Part shown: positions 21,054 to 29,882 of the stretch, piece after piece | How positions within the stretch are numbered: position 1 is the first letter of the stretch | Layout of the letters: each line of letters starts with the position of its first letter | Position numbers and translations under genes: made by a program | Assembly (NCBI GenBank): GCA_001824555.1 | Contig: MHXU01000133.1 | Span: 1 to 41,504, forward strand | Source: Planctomycetes bacterium GWC2_45_44 | GTDB lineage: Bacteria; Planctomycetota; Phycisphaerae; Sedimentisphaerales; UBA12454 | Reading direction: 5' to 3' | Length of the DNA stretch: 41,504 nucleotides | Notes under the pieces: model-generated | Seen by the model: the letters and a program-made list of their open reading frames with translations, nothing else | The model's database searches: none | Told to the model about the DNA's origin: nothing

Positions 21054-21779
21054 TTGATGGAAAACGTGTCTTCGGAACAGGAACTTTTGAATCTTCGCAG
21101 AGACGGCAAAATAACAGAAGATGAATTCAAGCAGTTACTTGATGCGTTGAGAAAATCCCCGCCGAGCAATCATCAACAACCGGCGGACACTTCCAAAAAG
21201 TTTGTGCCATTGATTATTCTGGTAATCGCTGTTGTTTCAGTGGCTATACTTTTATCGTCCTATCTGTTTATAAATAAAATCAGGCCGATTACGCAGGCAG
21301 AATTTCGCAGGGATTTTATTAAAAAGGCGAATGGTCTGAATATTGATACCGCAAATCTCAATGAAGTTAGAAAAACTTTCGGCGAGCCGATAGAATATAT
21401 CTGGGGCGATAAAATTATTGACAGAGCTAAAATCCCCACAGACCGCTATTGTATCAAATACCCTGATGACGTTCATCTCTTTATGAAAGGGGATTCTATT
21501 GTTGAGTTGAGATTTGAGTCTCCGGCGGCAGGTTATGTTTTTCAGGATAAAATTAAAGTAGGCTCTTCGCTTGAGGATGTTCTCGATGTGATAGGTCAGC
21601 CGACTGAAATAGTCGAGGGTCAGGAAATAGGATGGGCAGATGGAGTGCTTTATAAGGACGTTAAAGGCATGAAGGGTTATTGTTATTATCATCGTTCCGA
21701 CCAGCATGTGCGTTTTTTCTTTCTGAATTATAAAGTCAAGGCGATGTATATAACTCGAAGCGATTACAATGGGGGCTAA
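21054..21779 (+). CDS. SHOCT-like domain, single TM helix and periplasmic domain protein
   Basis: ELLNLRRDGKITEDEFKQLLDAL, a hydrophobic helix, then two repeats (NEVRKTFGEP / EDVLDVIGQP) resembling the BamE/BLIP-like fold. Confidence 0.6.
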   Translation: MMENVSSEQELLNLRRDGKITEDEFKQLLDALRKSPPSNHQQPADTSKKFVPLIILVIAVVSVAILLSSYLFINKIRPITQAEFRRDFIKKANGLNIDTANLNEVRKTFGEPIEYIWGDKIIDRAKIPTDRYCIKYPDDVHLFMKGDSIVELRFESPAAGYVFQDKIKVGSSLEDVLDVIGQPTEIVEGQEIGWADGVLYKDVKGMKGYCYYHRSDQHVRFFFLNYKVKAMYITRSDYNGG

Positions 21780-21803
21780 TGAAGAATAAAGAAGAAAAAA
21801 TAA

Positions 21804-21894
21804 TTGATAGTTGTTAGTTGGCAGTCGATAGTTCTTGGAATCGCCTGCGGCGATGAGAGTTTAAACAGATTCCTCGACTGCGCTCGGAATGACG
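21804..21894 (+). repeat. Direct repeat copy 1, upstream of the PEP-CTERM gene
   Basis: 91 bp with 9 mismatches to 23008-23098 (counted by eye). Confidence 0.85.
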
Positions 21895-22119
21895 GCGAAC
21901 CCCCAGCCCCCGCCTTCGCGAGGGTAAACTCCGGTCTGGGGGCTAAACCAAAAACAGATTACCCCTCCATTACTGTCGGGGCTCTGATGATGAAGGGTCG
22001 GCGGGACTTATTCAGACAGGATAACTCGCCGCGATGCGCGCGTCGCAGCGGGCAGGATTGACGGGATAAAAGACACAAAGAAAATAAAAAAATTAACAAT
22101 TTTTTGAAAGGGAGAAAAA

Positions 22120-23007
22120 ATGAAAATATTGATAGCAGTAAGTGTTGTTGTGGGCATGCTGTTGGGTGTGAGTTACGCAAGAGCAGGCACTTGGACCACA
22201 TTTAACTATCCAGGGGCAACCAGCACATATATCTACGACATTGATGGGAGTAATCTTAGCGGGGTCTATATTAGCACGTCTGGCGGCATACGGAACTTTC
22301 TTTATAATAGTACAAGCTGGACAACCATCAACAAGCCAGGGGCGGTTTCGACTATAATAGACGGCATTGATGGAAGTAATCTTGCTGGGTACTACACTGA
22401 CGCTGAAAATTATTATAGCCATGGTTTTCTTTATAATGGAACAAGCTGGGCTACTCTCGATATGCCGGGGTCAAACTACACATATATACGCGGCATTGAC
22501 GGAGGCAATCTTGTTGGGAGTTACAAAGACACTTCTAATAATACCCATGGCTTTCTTTATGATGGAACAGGCTGGACTACCATCGACATGTCAGGGGCGA
22601 GCGCCACAATAGCTTATGGCATCGATGGGAGTAATCTTGTTGGGAGCTATCAAGACGCTTCTTACCATAACCATGGCTTTATATATGATGGGACAAGCTT
22701 GACTGCCCTCAACTATCCTGGGGCAAATGAAACAATAATATATGGCATCAGCGGTAACAATCTTGTTGGTTCATACACTGGCTCTGGTAAAACTCGTGGC
22801 TTTCTTTATGATGGAACAAGCTGGACTGCTCTCAACTATCCCGGGATGAGTGGTACAAAGATATGCGGCATCGATGGGAACAATCTTGTTGGATCTTACA
22901 CTGACGCTTCCGGCAGTATCCACGGTTTTCTCTACACTATCCCCGAACCGGCGACGTTTTTACTTTTAGGCTTGGGCGGATTGGTTTTGAGAAGAAAAAG
23001 AAAATAG
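22120..23007 (+). CDS. PEP-CTERM sorting-domain protein with about six ~42-aa repeats (probable beta-propeller)
   Basis: Signal peptide (YARA), repeats of HGFLYDGTSWTxLxxPGAxxTxIxGIDGxNLVGxY, and C-terminal IPEPATFLLLGLGGLVLRRKRK. Confidence 0.92.
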   Translation: MKILIAVSVVVGMLLGVSYARAGTWTTFNYPGATSTYIYDIDGSNLSGVYISTSGGIRNFLYNSTSWTTINKPGAVSTIIDGIDGSNLAGYYTDAENYYSHGFLYNGTSWATLDMPGSNYTYIRGIDGGNLVGSYKDTSNNTHGFLYDGTGWTTIDMSGASATIAYGIDGSNLVGSYQDASYHNHGFIYDGTSLTALNYPGANETIIYGISGNNLVGSYTGSGKTRGFLYDGTSWTALNYPGMSGTKICGIDGNNLVGSYTDASGSIHGFLYTIPEPATFLLLGLGGLVLRRKRK

Positions 23008-23098
23008 TTGTTGGTTGTTAGTTGGGAGTCGATAGTTTTTGGAATTGCCTGCGGCGATGAGAGTTTAAACAGATTCCTCGGTTGCGCTCGAGATGACG
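23008..23098 (+). repeat. Direct repeat copy 2, starting immediately after the PEP-CTERM stop codon
   Basis: Matches 21804-21894 at an offset of 1204 bp. Confidence 0.85.
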
Positions 23099-23255
23099 AC
23101 CCTGCCAAAGTGTTGGCAGGGCTAACCGCGAAAAGAGAATCGACAATCGAGAGTGAGTATTACGCCCTTTCAGGGCTTAGGATTTTTTCTGTTTTTTTTC
23201 CCAGGGCGTTTCCCTGGGCTGATATATTATGCCCTTTCAGGGCTGATAAACGGAA

Positions 23256-23782
23256 CTTGAAATCGCAGATTAAAAATTTGAGAAATATGGATTCCCGCCT
23301 TCCGTCTTCGCTTCGCCGTGACAGGTCGCGGGAATGACAAGAGGACGCGAGAATGACAGAATAATGAACCCCCAGTAGAATTGGGGGCTGAATAAAAACA
23401 GCGTGGGCTTCCTCCTTCGCTAAAGCTACGGAGGACAGGAAAGCCCACCCTACAAAACTGACCCTGCCATACAAGATGGCAGGGCTAAGCGACCGCCGAT
23501 GAGATTTTCAAATAAACGGCGTGGACAGAAAATCTGTCCACCCTACCGGCTTGAAATCGCAGATTAAAAATTTGAGAAATATGGATTCCCGCCTTCCGTC
23601 TTCGCTTTGTCGTGACAGGTCGCGGGAATGACAAGAGGACGCGAGAATGACAGAATAATGAACCCCCAGTAGAATTGGGGGCTGAATAAAAACAGCGTGG
23701 GCTTCCTCCTTCGCTAAAGCTACGGAGGACAGGAAAGCCCACCCTACAAAACTGACCCTGCCATACAAGATGGCAGGGCTAA
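23256..23782 (+). repeat. Tandem duplication of a 233-bp REP mosaic (23256-23488 and 23550-23782)
   Basis: The copies are identical except for two substitutions (TTCGCCGTG vs TTTGTCGTG). The 61-bp spacer holds another palindrome. Confidence 0.92.
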
Positions 23783-23892
23783 ACACGAAAAATGACCGCT
23801 CCATAACTGTCGCGGCTCTGATTACACCCATCGCTTCCGTCTTCGCTGCGCTACGCCGCGACAGGTTCGCTTGGGTTCTGATTTCATCTGTT

Positions 23893-23930
23893 CGGAAAAA
23901 ATTGCCGGTTGGGAGCGGAGAATTTTTCCA
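23893..23930 (+). promoter_or_regulatory. Candidate enhancer (upstream activating) sites for the flagellar sigma54 promoter
   Basis: CGGAAAAAATTGCCG and CGGAGAATTTTTCCA, two dyads about 80-110 bp upstream of the -24 element. Confidence 0.5.
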
Positions 23931-24005
23931 TAAAGTTATCAGTGCACAGTTATCGGTTATCAGTTATTAGCTAATTTAAGAGTTATTTTGGGTGTTTGAC
24001 GGCTT

Positions 24006-24021
24006 TGGCACGGGGGTTGCT
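24006..24021 (+). promoter_or_regulatory. Sigma54 (-24/-12) promoter of the flg operon
   Basis: TGGCAC-GGGGG-TTGCT is a perfect consensus match and lies 35 nt before the flgD ATG. Confidence 0.85.
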
Positions 24022-24056
24022 ATTCGTAAGAGGCGATTATCGAAAGGAAAGTAATT

Positions 24057-24440
24057 ATGAGTACAACAACGAGCAGTGCGACAAGCGCATCAAGTCTTCA
24101 GATGGACTATATGACTCTGCTTGTTGCGCAACTGCAAAATCAGAATCCACTTGAGCCGATGGACAACGACCAGATGGCTATGCAGCTTGCGCAGTATTCA
24201 CAGCTCCAGCAGCTTGAGGGTATGAATAACAGTTTTTCATCCGTTCTTGACGCGACACAAAAAAGTTATGCCTCTTCACTAATAGGCAAGACAGTTTCGT
24301 ATTACGCGACACAGGCTGACGGCAGTTCCGGGGCGGCTGAAGGAGTGGTTAAAGAGGTTGGCACGAATAGCGACGGCAAAGTGATTTTGAATGTAAATGA
24401 TATCGCTTTGTCGCTTGATGATATTGTAACAATCAAATAA
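24057..24440 (+). CDS. flgD: Flagellar hook-capping protein FlgD
   Basis: DYMTLLVAQLQNQNPLEPMDN...QLAQYSQLQQL and ASSLIGKTV. Confidence 0.93.
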   Translation: MSTTTSSATSASSLQMDYMTLLVAQLQNQNPLEPMDNDQMAMQLAQYSQLQQLEGMNNSFSSVLDATQKSYASSLIGKTVSYYATQADGSSGAAEGVVKEVGTNSDGKVILNVNDIALSLDDIVTIK

Positions 24441-24469
24441 ATCTGAAAAGATATTAAAGGAGTTTAAAA

Positions 24470-26140
24470 ATGGGTGCATTAGCTGCCGGCGTATCAGGCC
24501 TCCAGGCGCATCAAAAGATGCTCGACGTTGCTGGTAATAATCTTGCGAATGTAAATACAACGGCTTATAAGTCGAGCAGAATCACGTTCTCCGAGCTGCT
24601 TAGCGAGACGGTAAAGAAGGCATCGCAGCCGACGGCCACTATGGGCGGTACGAATCCGCAGCAGCTTGGCAGCGGCGTAGGGATTTCGGGCATTTCTCCG
24701 AATATGAATCAGGGAAATATTGAAAGCACGGGCAATCCTCTCGACCTTGCGATAGAAGGCGAAGGCTATTTTGTTCTTAGCGATGGCGGCCAGGCTGTTT
24801 ATACCCGCGCAGGGGCATTCGCGGTTGACGCTAACTCGAATCTTGTGGACCCGTCAACCGGCTTTTTGGTTCAGAGAATCGGTTCTGTCGGCGAAAGCGA
24901 CGGATTTCAGATTGCGGGCGATAACAATATAAAAGTTCCTTATGATGTGGCAATGGCAGCGAAAGCGACAGAATCAGTTACGGTGTCCGGCAATTTGAGT
25001 TCGGACTCGGTGCTGGCTACTCCGAATACTAATGTGCTAATATCAAATCTTCAGTACACGACAACCGGCGGCACGGCTGCGACATCAAGCAGCACGTTAG
25101 TGAGTCTTGAACAGTGGTCCGGCACGGCTACTCCCGCAGGTACGATAACTATTTCGGGAATCGACCCCGATGGCACGGCATATACAACGGGTCTTACGCT
25201 TGCGGTTAGCAGTACTACGACGGTCGGCGACCTTGTTGACCAGATAAATACCGCGCTCGACGGCAACGCGACGGCTTCGTTGGTCAACGGTAAAATAAAA
25301 ATTACCGATGATGAAAGCGGGTACAGCAAATCAGACCTGAATTTCACATACAGCGGCACAGGAGCTCTTGAAACGCCCGGTTATTTTGAGGTTTCTACGG
25401 TCGGCGGCGAGGAAGTAAAAAGCGTGAACATAACAATGTACGATTCGCAGGGCGGTTCGCACGTTTTGGCCGGTGCGTTTGTAAGAACTGATACGGCCAA
25501 TACGTGGGATTTGGTTTTGACCAGCGTAAGCGGCAATGTGAACGGCATATCTATGGCGGACAGGAGAGTTGAGGGTATCGAGTTTGACGCTGCGGACGGT
25601 TCATATTCAGGATTGAATTCGACAATCGGCGATGATGCCGAATTTGTGGTTACATTCGCGCACGACACTGCTAATCCGCAGACGATAGACCTTTCTCTTG
25701 GCACGGCAGGGCAGCTTGACGGATTGACTCAATTCGCGGGCAACTCGACTGCTGTCGCCAGAGAGCAGGACGGTTATGAGGCAGGCAGGCTTTCGAGCGT
25801 TTCGGTCAATAACGAAGGTATTGTAATCGGCGCGTTTTCGAACGGCATAAAAAAGCAAATCGCTACTGTACAGATAGCACTTTTCCAAAACGCGGCGGGT
25901 CTTGAAAGCGCAGGCGGCGGATATTATACGCCATCGGCGAACTCCGGCGAAGCTGTCGCGACACAGGCATTGACCGGCGGCGCCGGCTCGCTGCACGGCA
26001 GTTCTCTTGAAAAATCAAACGCGGATGTCGCCAGCGAATTTGTTAATTTGATTCAGGCGCAAAATGGCTATCAGGCCAACGCCCGAACAATTACGGTCGC
26101 CAACGACATTCTTAAGGAATTAACGAATTTGATAAGATAA
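24470..26140 (+). CDS. flgE: Flagellar hook protein FlgE
   Basis: GVSGL..HQ..LDVAGNNLANVNTTAYK, DLAIEGEGYF, YTRAGAF, YDSQG..H and LEKSNADVASEFVNLIQAQ. Confidence 0.95.
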   Translation: MGALAAGVSGLQAHQKMLDVAGNNLANVNTTAYKSSRITFSELLSETVKKASQPTATMGGTNPQQLGSGVGISGISPNMNQGNIESTGNPLDLAIEGEGYFVLSDGGQAVYTRAGAFAVDANSNLVDPSTGFLVQRIGSVGESDGFQIAGDNNIKVPYDVAMAAKATESVTVSGNLSSDSVLATPNTNVLISNLQYTTTGGTAATSSSTLVSLEQWSGTATPAGTITISGIDPDGTAYTTGLTLAVSSTTTVGDLVDQINTALDGNATASLVNGKIKITDDESGYSKSDLNFTYSGTGALETPGYFEVSTVGGEEVKSVNITMYDSQGGSHVLAGAFVRTDTANTWDLVLTSVSGNVNGISMADRRVEGIEFDAADGSYSGLNSTIGDDAEFVVTFAHDTANPQTIDLSLGTAGQLDGLTQFAGNSTAVAREQDGYEAGRLSSVSVNNEGIVIGAFSNGIKKQIATVQIALFQNAAGLESAGGGYYTPSANSGEAVATQALTGGAGSLHGSSLEKSNADVASEFVNLIQAQNGYQANARTITVANDILKELTNLIR

Positions 26141-26157
26141 TTTGACAAGGATGTTTT

Positions 26158-27183
26158 GTGATAGCACAAGCAGTTTTTGAAATTAGTAAAAATGCGAGCC
26201 CGGTTGTTGCCGGGCTTTCGCGTTATATTGCGGCGTTGACGACGATGGAGCGATTCGAGGCTCTGACGAGGCTGGAATCTCTGCCGGGCAGTGAAAAGAG
26301 TTTTGTGATTTTCGGGGTTGTCACTGCGGCGGCGATGGCGGGGCTGTTTGTTCTGGCGACTGTCGCAAAGCGAAGGTATGAAATAATAGAATGGCACAGA
26401 GCGTTCGATGACCTTGCGCAAAAGATGGGGCTGACGGACAATGAGCGGAAACTGACGGAGGATATGGCGCAGGCTGTACGGCTCAAAAAGGCATCCGTTC
26501 TTCTTGCTGACAGCAGGCTTTTTGATAAAAGCGCTTCAAAAATGATTGAGCAGGTCGCGAGCGAGCAAAAAGACGATGAGCAAATCAGGTCGTTGAAGTT
26601 AGAGTTGACGTTTTTGCGGGAGAAATTAGGTTTCAGGAAACAGCTTACGCTTTCGGCGTTGTCGGCAAGGCCGATTGTCGGGCAATCTGATGAAACAAAG
26701 CCTGTCAATCGGCGGCGGTTTGTAAGGGCGGCTGTTCGCAAGCAGATATTCGCGGCGAAATTCGATTCATCGCAGGATGTGAGCGGCGGCGAGCAGCAGT
26801 TGCTGCCGGAGTTTATGCCAGCGGTTTTGACGGAAATCGGAGGGCCCGGGCTGCGGTTCGAGTCGGATGCACAGGTCAAAAGGGGGGATAGAATGCTTGT
26901 GGTTCTTGGTCTTGAGCGGAACGGCAGGCGGATTTGCGAGCATCTCGGCACGGAAATTGCACATAGTAAGAAACGGCTGATAAGAGATATTGCGGTCGTA
27001 AGGAATGTCGGCGAAAAAGCCGGTCGGCAATCTATCGCGGTTGAGCTTGTCGGATTGAGCGAAAATGAGATTGACGTGCTTGTTAAGGCTACAAACGCGG
27101 AATTGATAAGGAATGTAAAAGGCGAAAAAATATCGGCGGATTACCAAACTGTTAAAATCGCAAGTTCGTTTATAGGGTCTTAA
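26158..27183 (+). CDS. Membrane-anchored PilZ-like domain protein
   Basis: A TM helix near residues 50-70, the RxxxR motif NRRRFVR, and EIGGPGLRF as a variant of D/NxSxxG. GTG start. Confidence 0.6.
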   Translation: MIAQAVFEISKNASPVVAGLSRYIAALTTMERFEALTRLESLPGSEKSFVIFGVVTAAAMAGLFVLATVAKRRYEIIEWHRAFDDLAQKMGLTDNERKLTEDMAQAVRLKKASVLLADSRLFDKSASKMIEQVASEQKDDEQIRSLKLELTFLREKLGFRKQLTLSALSARPIVGQSDETKPVNRRRFVRAAVRKQIFAAKFDSSQDVSGGEQQLLPEFMPAVLTEIGGPGLRFESDAQVKRGDRMLVVLGLERNGRRICEHLGTEIAHSKKRLIRDIAVVRNVGEKAGRQSIAVELVGLSENEIDVLVKATNAELIRNVKGEKISADYQTVKIASSFIGS

Positions 27184-27193
27184 GGATATTGAT

Positions 27194-27925
27194 GTGTCTG
27201 ATATTGCGGCGCAGGTAAGTCAAAAAATTAGCCAGTTGGCACAGGAATTTGAAGTTGTGACCAACAATATGGCCAATGTCAGCACCGTCGGCTACAAGCG
27301 GAGAATGAACGACTTCGCCAAAGTTATGGCTGATAAGCTGAATCCTCCGAGTGAAAAAGACGGCCAGCAGGAATTGCCAGTTGTTTATGATTTTACGCAG
27401 GGAACTCTCGACCAGACGGGCGGGAAATTGGATTTTGCCATCTGCGGGAACGGATTTTTTACGGTTGAAACGCCCGACGGGCCTCTCTATACACGCAACG
27501 GCCTGTTTCACCTCGACCGAGATGGTAAATTAGTCGATTCGCAGGGGCGTTTTATCGCGGGCGAGGCGGGGCCGATATCCATTCCACCCACTGTTGGGAT
27601 TATGGATGTTTCCGTCGCTCTCGACGGGACGGTCAAAGCGGGCGGGGCTATGGTGGGCAAACTTAAACTTGCGGATTTCGGCGATAATCAAAATAAACTC
27701 GTGGCTGTCGGAGCAAACTGCTTCAAAATGACCGACAGCAAAGCCAAAGTACTCGAGCCGAAAGATACAACCGTTCAGCAGGGCGCTCTTGAAGGGTCAA
27801 ACGTTCAGCTTGTCGAAGAACTTGTTGATATGATTATGGTTTCGAGGCTCTACGAATCGAATATGAAATTTATGAATGTCAAAAAAGATTCCTCGCAAAG
27901 CCTTATGAGCGTCGCGATGGCGTAA
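27194..27925 (+). CDS. flgF: Flagellar basal-body rod protein FlgF
   Basis: NNMANVSTVGYK, LDFAICGNGFF, YTRNGLF and LEGSNVQLVEELVDMI. Precedes flgG. Confidence 0.88.
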   Translation: MSDIAAQVSQKISQLAQEFEVVTNNMANVSTVGYKRRMNDFAKVMADKLNPPSEKDGQQELPVVYDFTQGTLDQTGGKLDFAICGNGFFTVETPDGPLYTRNGLFHLDRDGKLVDSQGRFIAGEAGPISIPPTVGIMDVSVALDGTVKAGGAMVGKLKLADFGDNQNKLVAVGANCFKMTDSKAKVLEPKDTTVQQGALEGSNVQLVEELVDMIMVSRLYESNMKFMNVKKDSSQSLMSVAMA

Positions 27926-28001
27926 GAAAATAAAAAATTAAAAATAAAAGATAAAAAATGCGGAGTCCGCTAAAAGCGGACAACTGATTTAGGAGATAAA
28001 A

Positions 28002-28787
28002 ATGCTTAGAGCTTTTTCGACAGCGGCAACGGGAATGGCGGCGCAGCAAATGATGGTTGATGTTACCGCCAACAACCTTGCCAATATAAATACCAACGGT
28101 TTTAAGAGAAGTCAGATAGATTTTCAGGATTTGCTCTATGTAAAGATGACGCAAAGCGGAAATGAAGTTGCTTCTGGCATAACTGCGCCGGGCGGTATTG
28201 AAATCGGCAGCGGCGTAAGAGCGGCTTCGACGGCAAAGGTTTTCAGCGCGGGCGAACTTACCAATACAGGAAGAAATTTAGACATCGCCATCAGCGGCGA
28301 TGGATTTTTGCAGGTATCAATGCCGGACGGCACTACGAAATATACCAGAGACGGCGCTTTGAGAACGGACGCGACCGGCAAATTGGTAACGACGACAGGC
28401 TACGCGATTAGTCCTGCGATTACAGTGCCGACGGATTCGATAGCCGTCGATGTCGAAAAAGACGGCAGCGTAAATGTAACGAGCAGCTCCGGAACGCAGT
28501 CGGTTGTCGGAACTATTCAGCTTGCGAGATTTCCCAATCCATCTGGACTGTCGAGCGACGGCGGCAACCTTCTTTCTGAAACAGAGGCCAGCGGCACGGC
28601 AACTACCGGCACGGCAGGTGCAAACGGCTTCGGCGATATTCAAAGCGGATTTCTCGAGAAGTCAAACGTTCAAATGGTAACGGAATTGGTCAACCTTATT
28701 ACCGCTCAACGAGCGTATGAGGTGAACTCACGAGCGATTAAGGCTGGCGACGATATGCTTCAGAAGTCAATAGAAATAGCGAGATAA
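28002..28787 (+). CDS. flgG: Flagellar basal-body distal rod protein FlgG
   Basis: AATGMAAQQ..DVTANNLANINTNGFK..FQDLLY and LEKSNVQMVTELVNLITAQRAYE. 261 aa. Confidence 0.96.
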   Translation: MLRAFSTAATGMAAQQMMVDVTANNLANINTNGFKRSQIDFQDLLYVKMTQSGNEVASGITAPGGIEIGSGVRAASTAKVFSAGELTNTGRNLDIAISGDGFLQVSMPDGTTKYTRDGALRTDATGKLVTTTGYAISPAITVPTDSIAVDVEKDGSVNVTSSSGTQSVVGTIQLARFPNPSGLSSDGGNLLSETEASGTATTGTAGANGFGDIQSGFLEKSNVQMVTELVNLITAQRAYEVNSRAIKAGDDMLQKSIEIAR

Positions 28788-28800
28788 GCAAAAAAATGAT

Positions 28801-29835
28801 ATGAAAAAGACACGGATTAACACTGGTTTTTTTAGACACGGATTAACACGGATTAACACGGTTAAAAATGTTACTTCTCTGTGTCCTCTGTGTTCTCTGT
28901 GGCTAATAGTTTTTATGGCGGGGACGGCGTTGGCTGTTGACGGTGGTTTGCAGGTTTATTTGCCGAGAGATGTAAAGATAGACAGCCCGACACCGACGCT
29001 GGGGCAGATTGCAATTTTAAGCGGCGATGAGGCAATGGTGCAGGCGGCATCTTCAATCGCAATGGGGCAGCTTGCTCTTGTAAATCAGAGATTGATAATA
29101 GACAGGCCTACGATTTTGAGCCGGCTCGCCTCCAGCGGGGTATCGGCATCGAGAGTGAAATTCGCAGGCGCTGAAAAAGTCGCGGTAAGTCTGAAAAATA
29201 CAATTATCAGTTCCGAAAAAATTATTCAGACGGCGACGGATTGTATGAAGGCTGCGGCGGGGGAGAATAAAATTTCCAAATGGACGCTCACGAGGCCTCC
29301 ACAGGATTTGCTGCTTGGCGAATTGAAAGCTAATATAACTCTAAAGGCATCGCAGAGTTTGGTGCAGCCGAATGTCGTAAGGGTTCTTGTCGAAGTATTT
29401 GCTGATGACAAATTGGCGGGAAAACAGTTTGTTGATTTTCGCGTTAAGTATTCGGCAAGTAGGATTGTCGCGGCGGCGGATATCGCCAGAGATTCGATTA
29501 TAACGCGGGAGAATACCACGGTGCAGAACGTCGAGGCGGATTCGCGGCAGATTGGCGAACAGACGGCATTTTTTGGAATGACGGCAAGGGGAGATATAAA
29601 ACAGGGGACGGCGATTGCTGATAATATGCTTTATAATCCAAAGCCGCAAACAGTTGTCAAACGCAATCAGAATGTCGTTATAAAAATAGAATCTTCGGCA
29701 GTTATGATAACCGCCACAGGCAAGGCAATGGATGACGGTATGGCGGGGGAAATCATCAAGGTTCAAAATAACGATTCAAAAAGAATAATAATGGCAAAGG
29801 TGAACGCGGACGGCTCGGTCGAGCCGGTGTTTTAA
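28801..29835 (+). CDS. flgA: Flagellar P-ring formation chaperone FlgA
   Basis: C-terminal SAF/ChapFlgA region VKRNQNV...ITATGKAMDDG..GEIIKVQN..SKR. Lies between flgG and flgH. Confidence 0.88.
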   Translation: MKKTRINTGFFRHGLTRINTVKNVTSLCPLCSLWLIVFMAGTALAVDGGLQVYLPRDVKIDSPTPTLGQIAILSGDEAMVQAASSIAMGQLALVNQRLIIDRPTILSRLASSGVSASRVKFAGAEKVAVSLKNTIISSEKIIQTATDCMKAAAGENKISKWTLTRPPQDLLLGELKANITLKASQSLVQPNVVRVLVEVFADDKLAGKQFVDFRVKYSASRIVAAADIARDSIITRENTTVQNVEADSRQIGEQTAFFGMTARGDIKQGTAIADNMLYNPKPQTVVKRNQNVVIKIESSAVMITATGKAMDDGMAGEIIKVQNNDSKRIIMAKVNADGSVEPVF

Positions 29836-29882
29836 TAATGAATAATGAATAGTGAATAGTGAATAATTTTGGAACTTTTAAT

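Noticed and set aside
22180-22940. Diversity-generating retroelement template/variable repeats in the PEP-CTERM gene
   Set aside because: The repeats are in-frame protein repeats whose differences are not adenine-specific, and no reverse transcriptase is present.
23000-23900. CRISPR array or integron attC cassette array
   Set aside because: There is no constant 23-47-bp repeat with unique, equal-length spacers, no cas or integrase gene, and no convincing RYYYAAC...GTTRRRY attC boundaries.
21804-23970. Paralogous small ORFs (21804, 23008, 23160, 23227, 23485, 23508, 23770)
   Set aside because: They consist of REP-like palindromes and duplicated DNA, with no protein motifs or RBS.
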